Assembly (NCBI GenBank): GCA_963976765.1
Contig: CAXBME010000002.1
Coordinates: 124,001 to 188,000 of the forward strand
Source: an uncultured Planctomycetaceae bacterium
GTDB taxonomy: Bacteria > Planctomycetota > Planctomycetia > Planctomycetales > Planctomycetaceae
Length of the DNA stretch: 64,000 nt
Direction of reading: 5' to 3'
Position numbers and translations under genes: made by a program. Below, piece by piece: positions 16,591 through 26,264 of the stretch (the stretch's first letter is position 1; each line of letters starts with the position of its first letter). The notes beneath the pieces are model-generated. The model had not been told where the DNA came from and searched no databases. It saw only the letters and a list, made by a program, of their open reading frames with translations.

Positions 16591-17556
16591 ATGAGAAATT
16601 CAGCCCCCAGTTTTCGGCGTCATGCGATTTCCCGATCAGAAATGGTCGCGGGAGCGTTGTCAATATTCGCCGTTTTTGCGATCCAGACTCCGCAACCGGT
16701 ACACGGACAAGCCGGCTACCACACGCAGAACGGCGGAGTAGTCTGGTACGGTGTCCAGCAGCAGCGAGGTCATTATCCAGCCCCTGGGTATTACCCGGCT
16801 CCCGGTTACGTTCAGCACCCCGCCCACAGCCAGCCGGCCGTTCAGGGAACGTATCCCCCTGGCAGTTACCCGGCAGCGGCGAACGCTGCGGCCGCAAACC
16901 GATACGGTGGCACAACAGCCTGGGCACAACCCGGCTACGCCGCTCAGCCGTATCAGCAATACCCAGCTTACGGCGTGCCTCAGCAGCCCTATGGCTACTA
17001 TCAACAAACAGCTCCGACATCCGGCTACGGCCAGACATTCGTCGATCGACAGCGTCAGCAGTATGCCCGGCAACAGGCTTATCCCGGCTACGGATACAGC
17101 AATCCGGTAACCGGCTACCCGAGCTACAGCACGCTTCCTCCTGGGCATCCCGCGCACGGCCAACCGGGGCAGTATCCACAACAGGGGCAATCCCAACTGC
17201 AGCAGCCAAACCAGCAGCACCCGTCCCACCAACTGACGCCGGTTCAACGAGCCGCTCAGCAGGCTGCGCAGAACGTTTCACCCAATGGCGTTCCGGTACT
17301 CAGTCCTGCGGCCTCACAATTCTTCCAGAACCTGCAGGGACCCAACCGTTCGACCTACAACCAGAACCGACAGAACTATTCGTTTTCAGGACAAACGCAG
17401 CCAGGCCATCAGATTCCCAACACCACCTGGCAGTCGGGTTCCCATTATGGCCAGACCAGGTCGAACCGCAACAACTACAACCAGACCACGATCAATCAAA
17501 ACCGCTTCAACTACAGCCTGCACAACCTCACGCGTCCCGGACTTCGAGGTTATTGA
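16591..17556 (+). CDS. Low-complexity Gln/Tyr/Gly/Pro/Asn-rich protein with likely signal peptide
   Basis: GAGG SD and hydrophobic segment MVAGALSIFAVFAI. The remainder is almost free of acidic residues (YPAPGYYPAPGY, QPYQQYPAYGVPQQPYGYYQQ). Confidence 0.65.
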   Translation: MRNSAPSFRRHAISRSEMVAGALSIFAVFAIQTPQPVHGQAGYHTQNGGVVWYGVQQQRGHYPAPGYYPAPGYVQHPAHSQPAVQGTYPPGSYPAAANAAAANRYGGTTAWAQPGYAAQPYQQYPAYGVPQQPYGYYQQTAPTSGYGQTFVDRQRQQYARQQAYPGYGYSNPVTGYPSYSTLPPGHPAHGQPGQYPQQGQSQLQQPNQQHPSHQLTPVQRAAQQAAQNVSPNGVPVLSPAASQFFQNLQGPNRSTYNQNRQNYSFSGQTQPGHQIPNTTWQSGSHYGQTRSNRNNYNQTTINQNRFNYSLHNLTRPGLRGY

Positions 17557-17837
17557 TCAGCGTTCACCGGAGAGCCGAGTATCTTCCGTAAAACAAATTA
17601 CGACGTTCAGGTGCCACTGCCGCCTGAGCCGCCGTCCATCCGATCTCGTATTGTGGCGTTTTGAAAGGCCGGGCTAGAGTACGGGGCTTCGCTGGTGAGC
17701 CGTTTAAAGATCAGTCCGCAGGCTAACTCCGAACGCCAGGATTGCCTCACCAGCGGCCCGAACTGCTCGCAGGCTGAGCCTGAGAATTCAAAGCACCGAC
17801 ACCCACATTCGTCGCACGATGGGAAAACCGAATCACC

Positions 17838-18968
17838 ATGGATGGTGAGCTTTCCAACTCTGAGATCGATTTCTCCGAAACTCGCGACAGCAAGCGCGAT
17901 GCCAGCAGCGCGTTATCGCTGCATCGCCAGCTGGCTGCGCATCGCGACCGTTTACACATTACGGAAAATTCGACTGTGACAGGCCGCTGCTGGTGCATCA
18001 GCAAGGGCATGGCCGGCATGAACAGTCAGACCGCCGGCCTGGCCAGCGCCGTGGGTTTCGCACCGCTGGACAAATCCAACGCCGAATCTGCAACGTACGA
18101 ATTCATCAATACCCGCATGGCGTTTCCCTGGAGCTGTCTGCCGTTCAGCCTGATTCCTGAGGCCGGGCGAGTGCTGAAACAGCCCGAGCTGCTCGAAGCT
18201 TCGCCGCAGCCGAGACTGGTCGTTTCGTGTGGACGACACGGCGTCATCCCCGCTCTGTACTTGAAAAAGAAACTCGGCAGAAAAGTCTTCACCGTCCATA
18301 TACAGGATCCAAAGTGCGACACTTCGGGATTCGACATGGTTCTGATCCCGAAGCACGATCCAGGCCGCGGCCCCAACGTCTACCTCACGATGGGCGCGCT
18401 GCATAAGGTCACCCCCGAGAAACTCGAAGCCGCCCGCCACACACCGGAAGCCGCCTTGCTTGTCGACCCAGATCGACCGCTGGTCTCCGTTCTGCTCGGC
18501 GGAAAAAACGGCTACTACTCATTCTCACAGGCGGACATCGATCGTCTGTTCGTAAAGCTCAATCGACTCGTCGACGAGCACGACGTTCGCCTGGCAGTGC
18601 TCACGTCGAACCGAACGCCTGAAGAGGTCTGCACAAGACTCGTTCGCGACTTTGGCCATAGACACTTCATCTGGAACGGTCAGGGCGCAAACCCGTATTT
18701 CGAAGCGCTCGCGCTGGCTGACTACATTGTCGTTACTGGCGATTCAGTGTCGATGGTTACCGAAGCAACGGCTACTGGTCGACCAGTTTTCGTCGAGCAC
18801 CTGACCGAACGACGCACCGCTCGCCGCTTCCGCAAGTTTCACACAATGTTCGAAGAAGCCGGCCTGACCCGGCGATTCGAAGGAAAACTGGACGAGTGGG
18901 ATTACGAGCCTCCCAACGACACACCCAACGTCGCTCGCATCATCAGAGAAAGAATGGCTGAACAATGA
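17838..18968 (+). CDS. ELM1/GtrOC1 family (DUF1022) putative glycosyltransferase
   Basis: GMAGMNSQTAGLA, VHIQDPK..FDMVLIPKHD, VLLGG, SNRTP and NPYFEALALADYIVVTGDSVSMVTEA..TGRPV. The true start may be near GTG 17976. Confidence 0.85.
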   Translation: MDGELSNSEIDFSETRDSKRDASSALSLHRQLAAHRDRLHITENSTVTGRCWCISKGMAGMNSQTAGLASAVGFAPLDKSNAESATYEFINTRMAFPWSCLPFSLIPEAGRVLKQPELLEASPQPRLVVSCGRHGVIPALYLKKKLGRKVFTVHIQDPKCDTSGFDMVLIPKHDPGRGPNVYLTMGALHKVTPEKLEAARHTPEAALLVDPDRPLVSVLLGGKNGYYSFSQADIDRLFVKLNRLVDEHDVRLAVLTSNRTPEEVCTRLVRDFGHRHFIWNGQGANPYFEALALADYIVVTGDSVSMVTEATATGRPVFVEHLTERRTARRFRKFHTMFEEAGLTRRFEGKLDEWDYEPPNDTPNVARIIRERMAEQ

Positions 18969-19618
18969 ATCTATTGCATGCGCTGAAACATTCGACGACA
19001 GAATTCGACTTTCCCTACACGCACTGGGTCGTCGATCAGCCAGTCACTTCGGAAGTTCTGACCGAAGTTGTCACAACTCCAATGAATAAAGGTCAGCGAG
19101 CATTCGACGGAACTCGAGCTGCCGACAACGGTGGCAACGGACTTGACGCCAAACTTCGGCTGTACATCACGGACGAAAACGTTGACGAGTTTCCGGCACT
19201 GGGCAAACTGATCGACGAACTGCTTGCTCCGGAAACTGTGATGCAGTTTGAAAAAATGCTGCAACGGGATCTCAGCGACGCCTACCTTCGAGTCGAGGCG
19301 ATCGCCGACGTCGATGGTTTCTGGCTGAAGCCGCACAAAGACATCAAAGAGAAACTGATGTCGATGCTGGTCTACGTGAACGTCTGGGGCGAATCCGAAG
19401 AACTCGGCACAGACATCTACGACGACGACCTGAAGGTCGTGAAGACGATCCCGTACCGCAACAATATTGGCTACCTTTTCGCCCCTGGTGACAACACCTG
19501 GCACGGTCTCGAAAAGAAAAAGATCAAAACGGTGAGGCGTTCGATTCTGATCAACTACGTGACCTTCGAAACCTGCTGGAAGGTGCCGGACACTCGCAGG
19601 CAACGAGCTGCGGCGTAG
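18965..19618 (+). CDS. 2OG-Fe(II) oxygenase superfamily protein
   Basis: HxD motif (WLKPHKD), distal His (TWHG) and Arg (RRSILINY). ATGA overlap with the upstream gene. Confidence 0.8.
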   Translation: MNLLHALKHSTTEFDFPYTHWVVDQPVTSEVLTEVVTTPMNKGQRAFDGTRAADNGGNGLDAKLRLYITDENVDEFPALGKLIDELLAPETVMQFEKMLQRDLSDAYLRVEAIADVDGFWLKPHKDIKEKLMSMLVYVNVWGESEELGTDIYDDDLKVVKTIPYRNNIGYLFAPGDNTWHGLEKKKIKTVRRSILINYVTFETCWKVPDTRRQRAAA

Positions 19619-19726
19619 ACCACGCCCGATTGGCCTGCTGCCCTTCTCGACGGACAGCAGGCTTTGTGCGCACTACACTTTCGCGATCTGGAAACCTGAG
19701 AATTCTGTTCGTCGTGAAAGCCTGCT

Positions 19727-20791
19727 GTGACCGTTGACGCCGACTCCATTCAATACATCCTCGCCCTCGAATCTTCGTGCGATGAAACTGCCGCCGCAAT
19801 CATCGGTCGGGATCTGAAGCCGCTGTCGAGCGTCGTCGCTTCGCAGTACGAACTGCACCGCGACTTCGGAGGCGTCGTCCCTGAGATCGCTTCACGAGCA
19901 CACGTGCGACGAATCCTGCCAGTCATTGACGAAGCGTTGAAGGAAGCCGGGCTGAAACTTTCCGATATCGGGGCGGTGGCTGTCGCGACTCAGCCGGGAC
20001 TTGTCGGATCGCTGCTTGTTGGACTGACCGCCGCCAAGACACTGGCCATGGTGCTGAATGTTCCACTCGTCGACGTGAACCATATCGAAGCGCACATTTA
20101 TGCCTGCCGCATGGCGGCTGAGGTTGACACGTTTCCGTGCATTGGTTTCGTCGTGAGCGGCGGACACTCCAACATTTACGACTGCACCAGCCCTGTCGAC
20201 TTCGAACTGATCGGTTCGACAATCGACGACGCTGCCGGAGAAGCGTTCGACAAAGTGGCTCAGATTCTGAACGTCGGCTTTCCGGGAGGACCGGCCATTC
20301 AGAAGGTCGCCGAAGGCGGCAATCCCAAAGCCATTCGGTTTCCGAGAACGTTTCTCAAAGAAGACCGACTTGAATTCAGCTTCAGCGGACTGAAGACAGC
20401 CGTCCTTTACGCGGCGAACGGCGTTCCCGGATCTCGCGTGAAACCGGAACCGTTGACTCCACAACGAGTCGCTGACATCGCGGCCAGTTTTCAGGCGGCT
20501 GTCGTCGAAATTCTGGTCGGCAAATGTCGCCAGGCATTGCAGCAGCGAAACCGGAGCTCGCTTTGTGTCGGCGGCGGCGTGGCAGCCAACTCGCTGCTGC
20601 GGCACAAGCTGGAACAAATGACAAAGCGCGAAGGAGTTCAGCTTTTCATCGCCCCCATGTCGTTATGCACAGACAACGCCGCGATGGCCGCAATTGCCTG
20701 GGAATCGTTGAAGCGAGGCCACGTTGCGTCACTCGATCTTGACGTAACACCCGGACTGGTTCGCCACCGAAAACAAAAAACGAAAACGTGA
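19727..20791 (+). CDS. tsaD: tRNA N6-adenosine threonylcarbamoyltransferase
   Basis: [57 protein letters not shown] and TDNAAM. Confidence 0.97.
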   Translation: MTVDADSIQYILALESSCDETAAAIIGRDLKPLSSVVASQYELHRDFGGVVPEIASRAHVRRILPVIDEALKEAGLKLSDIGAVAVATQPGLVGSLLVGLTAAKTLAMVLNVPLVDVNHIEAHIYACRMAAEVDTFPCIGFVVSGGHSNIYDCTSPVDFELIGSTIDDAAGEAFDKVAQILNVGFPGGPAIQKVAEGGNPKAIRFPRTFLKEDRLEFSFSGLKTAVLYAANGVPGSRVKPEPLTPQRVADIAASFQAAVVEILVGKCRQALQQRNRSSLCVGGGVAANSLLRHKLEQMTKREGVQLFIAPMSLCTDNAAMAAIAWESLKRGHVASLDLDVTPGLVRHRKQKTKT

Positions 20792-20871
20792 CGTAGAGCG
20801 AAGTCCTGACTCCTGCGAAGCCGCAAACCGAACCTCAAATCGCTCGTCCTGCCTGCCTGAAAGGTCTTCGA

Positions 20872-21705
20872 ATGTCCGAATCACCTCTTCGAATTCTGGT
20901 CATCGGCGCTCACCCTGACGACTGCGAAATTACCTGCGGCGGCACGGCCACTCTTTATCGTCAGCTCGGTCACGTCGTGAAATTTGTCAGCGTGACAAAT
21001 GGCGAGTCCGGGCATCACGAAATTTTCGGCGACGAACTGATTGCCATCCGCCGAGCCGAAGCGAAAGCTGCTGCCGACACGGTTGGCATTGAGTCGGAAG
21101 TTCTCGACTTTCGTGACGGGCAACTACAGCCGACTGTCGAAGCCCGCGACGTGCTCATTCGATTGATTCGCGAATTCAGGCCCGACCTCGTCCTGACTCA
21201 CCGCCCGAACGATTACCACCCCGACCACAGATACACGTCTCAGTTGGTCTGCGATGCTGCCTATATGGTGACCGTGCCGCCCGTTGTACCGGAAGTCTCC
21301 GCTCTGCGGGACAACCCGGCGATTGCCTACGTTGCTGACAATTTCCAGAAGCCCTGCCCGTTTGAACCGACCGTCGTTGTCGACATTGGCGCGACGATCG
21401 AATCCGCAGTCAACATGCTGCACTGTCACGCGTCGCAGTTTTACGGCTGGCTGGCGTACAACCATCGTTACGATCACGAATTACCTGAGTCCGACGACGG
21501 TCGACGTGAATTTCTCGGACGACTTTTCCGCAAGCGAATCGGCGGCCTCGCTGACAGGTTTCGAGACAAACTGATTTCGACATACGGCGAAGAAACGGGC
21601 AACCGCATTCAATGGATCGAAGCATTCGAACGTTGTGAATACGGTCGATTGTGGGATCAGGAATTGATCCGAAAGCTGTTCCCTTTCGTACCGGTGCGGG
21701 CTTAA
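20872..21705 (+). CDS. PIG-L/LmbE family deacetylase
   Basis: GAHPDDCE, VTNGE and DYHPDH motifs. Confidence 0.92.
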   Translation: MSESPLRILVIGAHPDDCEITCGGTATLYRQLGHVVKFVSVTNGESGHHEIFGDELIAIRRAEAKAAADTVGIESEVLDFRDGQLQPTVEARDVLIRLIREFRPDLVLTHRPNDYHPDHRYTSQLVCDAAYMVTVPPVVPEVSALRDNPAIAYVADNFQKPCPFEPTVVVDIGATIESAVNMLHCHASQFYGWLAYNHRYDHELPESDDGRREFLGRLFRKRIGGLADRFRDKLISTYGEETGNRIQWIEAFERCEYGRLWDQELIRKLFPFVPVRA

Positions 21706-22003
21706 CACCGATCGGTCGGCTGCTACGATCATCCATTGAAAAGTGACGCGTTTCAAACTTCATTACGAGCACGCAATTCCTGTCAAATCAGCGCATCTTG
21801 CCCTGGTATCGACCTTTCACTACCATCGCCTGGCTTTCGACCGCCCTTCGGGCAGCCAGCTGTCACCCACTTTAGAGTTAACAGCAAAGCACTCTTCAAA
21901 CGTAAAAGTTGAGCTGCATTTACAGGGCAATTGCCCGCCAACAATCGTCACTCAGTCACCGCCTGTACTGCGGGCTGAGGTGCATCGAGCAGACAGGTGA
22001 ACC

Positions 22004-24064
22004 ATGAAATTGAAGTGCCCCTCGAAAGCTGCCTGTACCACCGTAACAGTCGCCGTCCTTCTGGTGGCGACGACGATCTTCGCTCAGCAGCTCGGGCGGC
22101 CAACTGCCGAAGACGCCACCACGGCTCGTCTCGTATGCAGCATGATCAGCCGATACCACATCAATCATGGTGAGATTGACGATTCGGTGTCTCCGAGACT
22201 GCTTGACCAATACATCGAAATGCTCGACCCGCAAAAGGTTTATTTCCTGAAGCAGGACATCGACGAGTTTTCGCGGCTGAAGACACAACTCGACGATCTG
22301 ATCAAGCAGGGCGACGTCAACTTCGCCTACAACGTCTTCGATATTTACCGTCGTCGATTCGACTCACGCATGGACCACGTCCATAAGCTCATCGACATGG
22401 AGCACGACTTCACCCTGGACGAAGAGCTCAGCACTGACGCGGATGCAGTTCCGTGGGCAGCCAGCGACGCCGAACTCAACGAGCGGTGGCGCAAACGCGT
22501 GAAGTTTGACATTCTGAACCGCACGCTCGATAAGGACGAGAAGATCGAAGAAGTTCGCGATCGACTTCACAAGAGATACAACACGCTGCTCCGCTCGATT
22601 CACGACACCGAGAGTTCCGAAGTTCTGGAGATGTTTCTTTCCGCGCTGACCCACTGCTTCGATCCTCACTCAAGCTACATGTCGCCGCAGACGCTGGAAG
22701 AATTCCGCATCTCCATGCAGCTCAGTCTGGACGGGATCGGAGCGGCACTTCGCAGCGAAGACGGCAATACCTTCATCGCATCTGTCGTCAAGGGTGGTGC
22801 GGCCCACAAAGATGGGCGACTGGAAGTTGGTGACCAGATTACAGCAGTCGCTCAGGAAACCGGCGACTTCGTCGATATCGTCGAGATGAAGCTCAGCAAA
22901 GTCGTTCGGCTGATCCGTGGTGAACGTGGTTCAAAGGTTCGCCTGCAGGTCGTCAAAGCAGACACAAACGAGTCGGTTGTCTATGAGATGATCCGCCGGA
23001 AGATCGAACTTTCTGAATCCGCAGTCAAAGGCGAGATCATTGAAACAACGGACCGACTTGGTCGTAAAGCTCGAATCGGCGTGATCAACATCCCGTCGTT
23101 CTATCGTGACTTTAACGGAGCCGAAAAAGGTCTCGACGACTTCAAAAGTACCGCTCGAGATCTTCAGGATGTACTCGTCGACTTCCGTCGGCAGGGCGGC
23201 GTCGAAGGAATTGTGATTGACTTGCGCTACAACGGCGGAGGCGCCCTTAGCGAAGCGATCGAAGTGACCGGTCTGTTCATTGATCAGGGGCCTGTCGTTC
23301 AGGTGAAAGAGCCGGGCAGCAAAGTCAAAACCTACAGCGACGATATCGAGGGAGCCTTTAATGAACCGCTGATCGTTGTCTGTAATCGCATGTCGGCTTC
23401 CGCCTCTGAAATCTTTGCCGGAGCGATTAAAGACTATCGTCGCGGGATCGTCATCGGTGACATGACGACGCATGGCAAGGGAACCGTCCAGAACGTGATG
23501 CCGGTTAGCTCGCAACTGTTCTCGTCATTCTTCAAGGCCCAGGACCGCGGAGCTTTGAAACTGACGATCAACCAGTTTTACCGGGTCAACGGCGACAGCA
23601 CGCAGAATCTGGGAGTGAAGTCTGACATTGTCCTGCCTTCGTTGCTCGACCATATGGACATTGGAGAGTCCTCACTGGACAACGCGCTGGCCTTCGACCA
23701 GATCGCGGAAGCCGAGCACACGTCACTGGCCTATGTGAATGCGGATGTCGTTTCTCGTTTGAAGAAGCAAAGTGCTAATCGAATTGCGAAGAACGAAGAA
23801 TTCAGGAAAATTCAGGAAGATGTCGCTGATTACGTCGAGCGAAAGAATCGAAAGGCGATTCCACTGAACGCTGAGAAGCTTCGAGCGGAACGAGCGTTGG
23901 ACGAAAAGAAGGACGAAAAGAAGGACGATGGCACCGAAGCAGAAGAAGAGGACGGTCCTGTTCTACCCGTGACCGCGTACAACGATGAAGTGCTGAATAT
24001 CGCCGTCGACTATGTTGAGCTGCTTCGCGGAGCGGTGACCGCTCAGATTCAGTCAAGGCAGTAG
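22004..24064 (+). CDS. prc: Tail-specific (C-terminal processing) protease, S41, Prc/Tsp-like long form
   Basis: DPHSSY, GIGA (PDZ), IDLRYNGGG, SASASEIFAGAIKDY, HGKGTVQ and FYRVNGDSTQ. Confidence 0.92.
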   Translation: MKLKCPSKAACTTVTVAVLLVATTIFAQQLGRPTAEDATTARLVCSMISRYHINHGEIDDSVSPRLLDQYIEMLDPQKVYFLKQDIDEFSRLKTQLDDLIKQGDVNFAYNVFDIYRRRFDSRMDHVHKLIDMEHDFTLDEELSTDADAVPWAASDAELNERWRKRVKFDILNRTLDKDEKIEEVRDRLHKRYNTLLRSIHDTESSEVLEMFLSALTHCFDPHSSYMSPQTLEEFRISMQLSLDGIGAALRSEDGNTFIASVVKGGAAHKDGRLEVGDQITAVAQETGDFVDIVEMKLSKVVRLIRGERGSKVRLQVVKADTNESVVYEMIRRKIELSESAVKGEIIETTDRLGRKARIGVINIPSFYRDFNGAEKGLDDFKSTARDLQDVLVDFRRQGGVEGIVIDLRYNGGGALSEAIEVTGLFIDQGPVVQVKEPGSKVKTYSDDIEGAFNEPLIVVCNRMSASASEIFAGAIKDYRRGIVIGDMTTHGKGTVQNVMPVSSQLFSSFFKAQDRGALKLTINQFYRVNGDSTQNLGVKSDIVLPSLLDHMDIGESSLDNALAFDQIAEAEHTSLAYVNADVVSRLKKQSANRIAKNEEFRKIQEDVADYVERKNRKAIPLNAEKLRAERALDEKKDEKKDDGTEAEEEDGPVLPVTAYNDEVLNIAVDYVELLRGAVTAQIQSRQ

Positions 24065-24158
24065 TAGTGAGTCGAGGGCTGACCGTTTCGAATTCTTACG
24101 AATTCCAGTAAACCGGATGATGCCCGAAACGAAACTCGACCAGCAAGCTCTGAATACG

Positions 24159-24196
24159 AAAAACGCCCGCTTCCGAATCCCGGAAGCGGGCGTTTT
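24159..24196. terminator. Bidirectional intrinsic terminator
   Basis: 16-bp perfect inverted repeat aaaacgcccgcttccg / cggaagcgggcgtttt between convergent genes. Confidence 0.85.
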
Positions 24197-24249
24197 ATAT
24201 TTGCAGTCGCTGTTTCAGCGACGTTTTTGGCAATCAACCTGCTTGGGAA

Positions 24250-25521
24250 TCAGGCAGCCGCCGAGTCGGGAAACATGCTGACCTCGCGGCGAATAATCTC
24301 AGGAGTAATGACATACTTCCGCCCGTGCTCCTGATCCGGCAGTTCGAAAAGAATGTCGAACATCGACTCTTCGATAACAGATCGCAGCCCACGGGCACCT
24401 GTCTGTTTTCGGATGGCAATCCGAGCCACTTCGCGAAGAGCTTCTTCAGTAAATTCGATAGTGGACTCTTCCATTTCGAAGAACTTTTCATACTGACGAA
24501 CCAGCGAGTTCTTTGGCTCTGTCAGGATTCTGACGAGATCGTCTTCCTTCAGTGGGCTGAGTCCAGCGAGCACTGGCAATCGACCGACGAATTCAGGGAT
24601 CAGACCAAATTTCATGATGTCTTCAACACTGACTTCACTCATCAGTTCTTCGTGCTGAGCGACCATCTCTTTCTCGGAAACACCGAATCCGATCATCTTT
24701 CGACCGAGTCGTTTCTGAATAATCTGCTCCAGCCCGACGAACGTGCCGCCGCAAATAAACAGAACGTTGGTCGTGTCAAGCTGGATGTAGTGCTGCTCAG
24801 GATGCTTCCGTCCGCCTTGCGGTGGCACGTTTGCAACCGTCCCTTCGATCATCTTCAGAAGCGCCTGCTGAACACCTTCCCCGGAGACATCACGCGTGAT
24901 CGACACGTTACCGGACGTCTTGCCGATCTTGTCGATCTCGTCGAGGAAGATGATCCCTCGCTGAGCGGCTTCCACGTCGAAATCGGCTGCGTGCAATAAC
25001 TTCAGAAGCAGGTTCTCGACATCTTCGCCGACATATCCCGCTTCAGTCAGGGTTGTTGCGTCGCCAATCGCAAATGGCACCTGAAGAAACTTGGCCAGAG
25101 TCTTAGCCATGAGAGTCTTGCCACATCCGGTCGGGCCGATCATCAGAATGTTGGATTTTTCAATCTCAACATCGGTATCTGCCTCAGCCATCATCATCAG
25201 GCGCTTGTAGTGGTTGTGGACGGCGACAGAGAGGCTCCTTTTTACCGGTACCTGCCCAATGACGTATTCGTCGAGATGCCCGACAATTTCTCGGGGAGTT
25301 GGCACTTTGGTGAAGAGTTTCTTTGGTTCGCCTCGTCGTCGTTTTTCCTGTTCGAGGATCGACTGGCAAAGTTCAATGCAGTCGCCGCAGACATAGACGT
25401 CATCTGGCCCTTCGACCAGAGGACCGACTTCGCGGTAACTCTTGCGGCAGAAAGAGCAGTTGGCGTTTTTCTTGCCACCCGCAGTGCGTTTCCCGGTGGT
25501 AAAGTCTTTTCCTGAGGGCAT
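24250..25521 (-). CDS. clpX: ATP-dependent Clp protease ATP-binding subunit
   Basis: Zn finger CSFC..CGDC, Walker [35 protein letters not shown] and TGARGLR. Confidence 0.98.
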   Translation of the reverse strand: MPSGKDFTTGKRTAGGKKNANCSFCRKSYREVGPLVEGPDDVYVCGDCIELCQSILEQEKRRRGEPKKLFTKVPTPREIVGHLDEYVIGQVPVKRSLSVAVHNHYKRLMMMAEADTDVEIEKSNILMIGPTGCGKTLMAKTLAKFLQVPFAIGDATTLTEAGYVGEDVENLLLKLLHAADFDVEAAQRGIIFLDEIDKIGKTSGNVSITRDVSGEGVQQALLKMIEGTVANVPPQGGRKHPEQHYIQLDTTNVLFICGGTFVGLEQIIQKRLGRKMIGFGVSEKEMVAQHEELMSEVSVEDIMKFGLIPEFVGRLPVLAGLSPLKEDDLVRILTEPKNSLVRQYEKFFEMEESTIEFTEEALREVARIAIRKQTGARGLRSVIEESMFDILFELPDQEHGRKYVITPEIIRREVSMFPDSAAA

Positions 25522-25760
25522 TCGATTTCCTTCAGTGGTGTCAATCTCGACGAGTTCTAGTCTGCAAGGCCAGTGAGCAGGCCGTGAAGAGTCAGCTCGC
25601 GATCGGTGATCTCAATGGTGCCGGACGGTCTAGCCACACTGGCCATTCGCACGTCTCAAATTACTCAGCCGGACCCAACCATGAGTCCGACGACTCCGCA
25701 ACGCCTGGGGTGGTGTCAGTTTCCCTGACAGATACCACCGGTCGCGCGTCCGTGCGACGG

Positions 25761-26072
25761 TCAGTTTCCACTCTGCAACCCGCAGTCGGTATCGGTATCG
25801 ACTACGAATGAATCCCTGGATTCGTCGATAAGTTGTCCCTGAATGAATCGGAATTCCTGGTCAGTCAGCTCACCCCGACGTTCCAGATCCTTGAACTGAA
25901 GCAGCAATTCAGCGCGGTCAGCCGCAGGATCGGAATCACCCTGATACCAGGATCGAAACTTCAATGCGGCCCAGATCAGTACGATCAGACATAAGACTGT
26001 TAAGCAGTAAGAGACGGCACTCTCTCTGATTATTTCAGAAACTCTATCGGGTGTGCTGAACAAACCGGTCAT
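25761..26072 (-). CDS. Small single-TM hypothetical protein (SHOCT-like C-terminal helix)
   Basis: TM YCLTVLCLIVLIWAAL followed by LLQFKDLERRGELTDQEF. Start uncertain (ORF to 26150). Confidence 0.65.
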   Translation of the reverse strand: MTGLFSTPDRVSEIIRESAVSYCLTVLCLIVLIWAALKFRSWYQGDSDPAADRAELLLQFKDLERRGELTDQEFRFIQGQLIDESRDSFVVDTDTDCGLQSGN

Positions 26073-26264
26073 CCGTCTGAGTGGAGGTACAGCCGCAATG
26101 AGTGTGTCCCTCTGGCAGCAATCATGATTTGCCGGATCACTTTGATCCACGTCAGCTGCCCATTTTACGCGGAATTCAGAGGAATCAATGCTTCATCTGT
26201 CTCACCGGGAAACTTCACTTCATCGCCAGTCAAGGTGTTCGCGCCGCCCTTCGGATCAGTCTGG

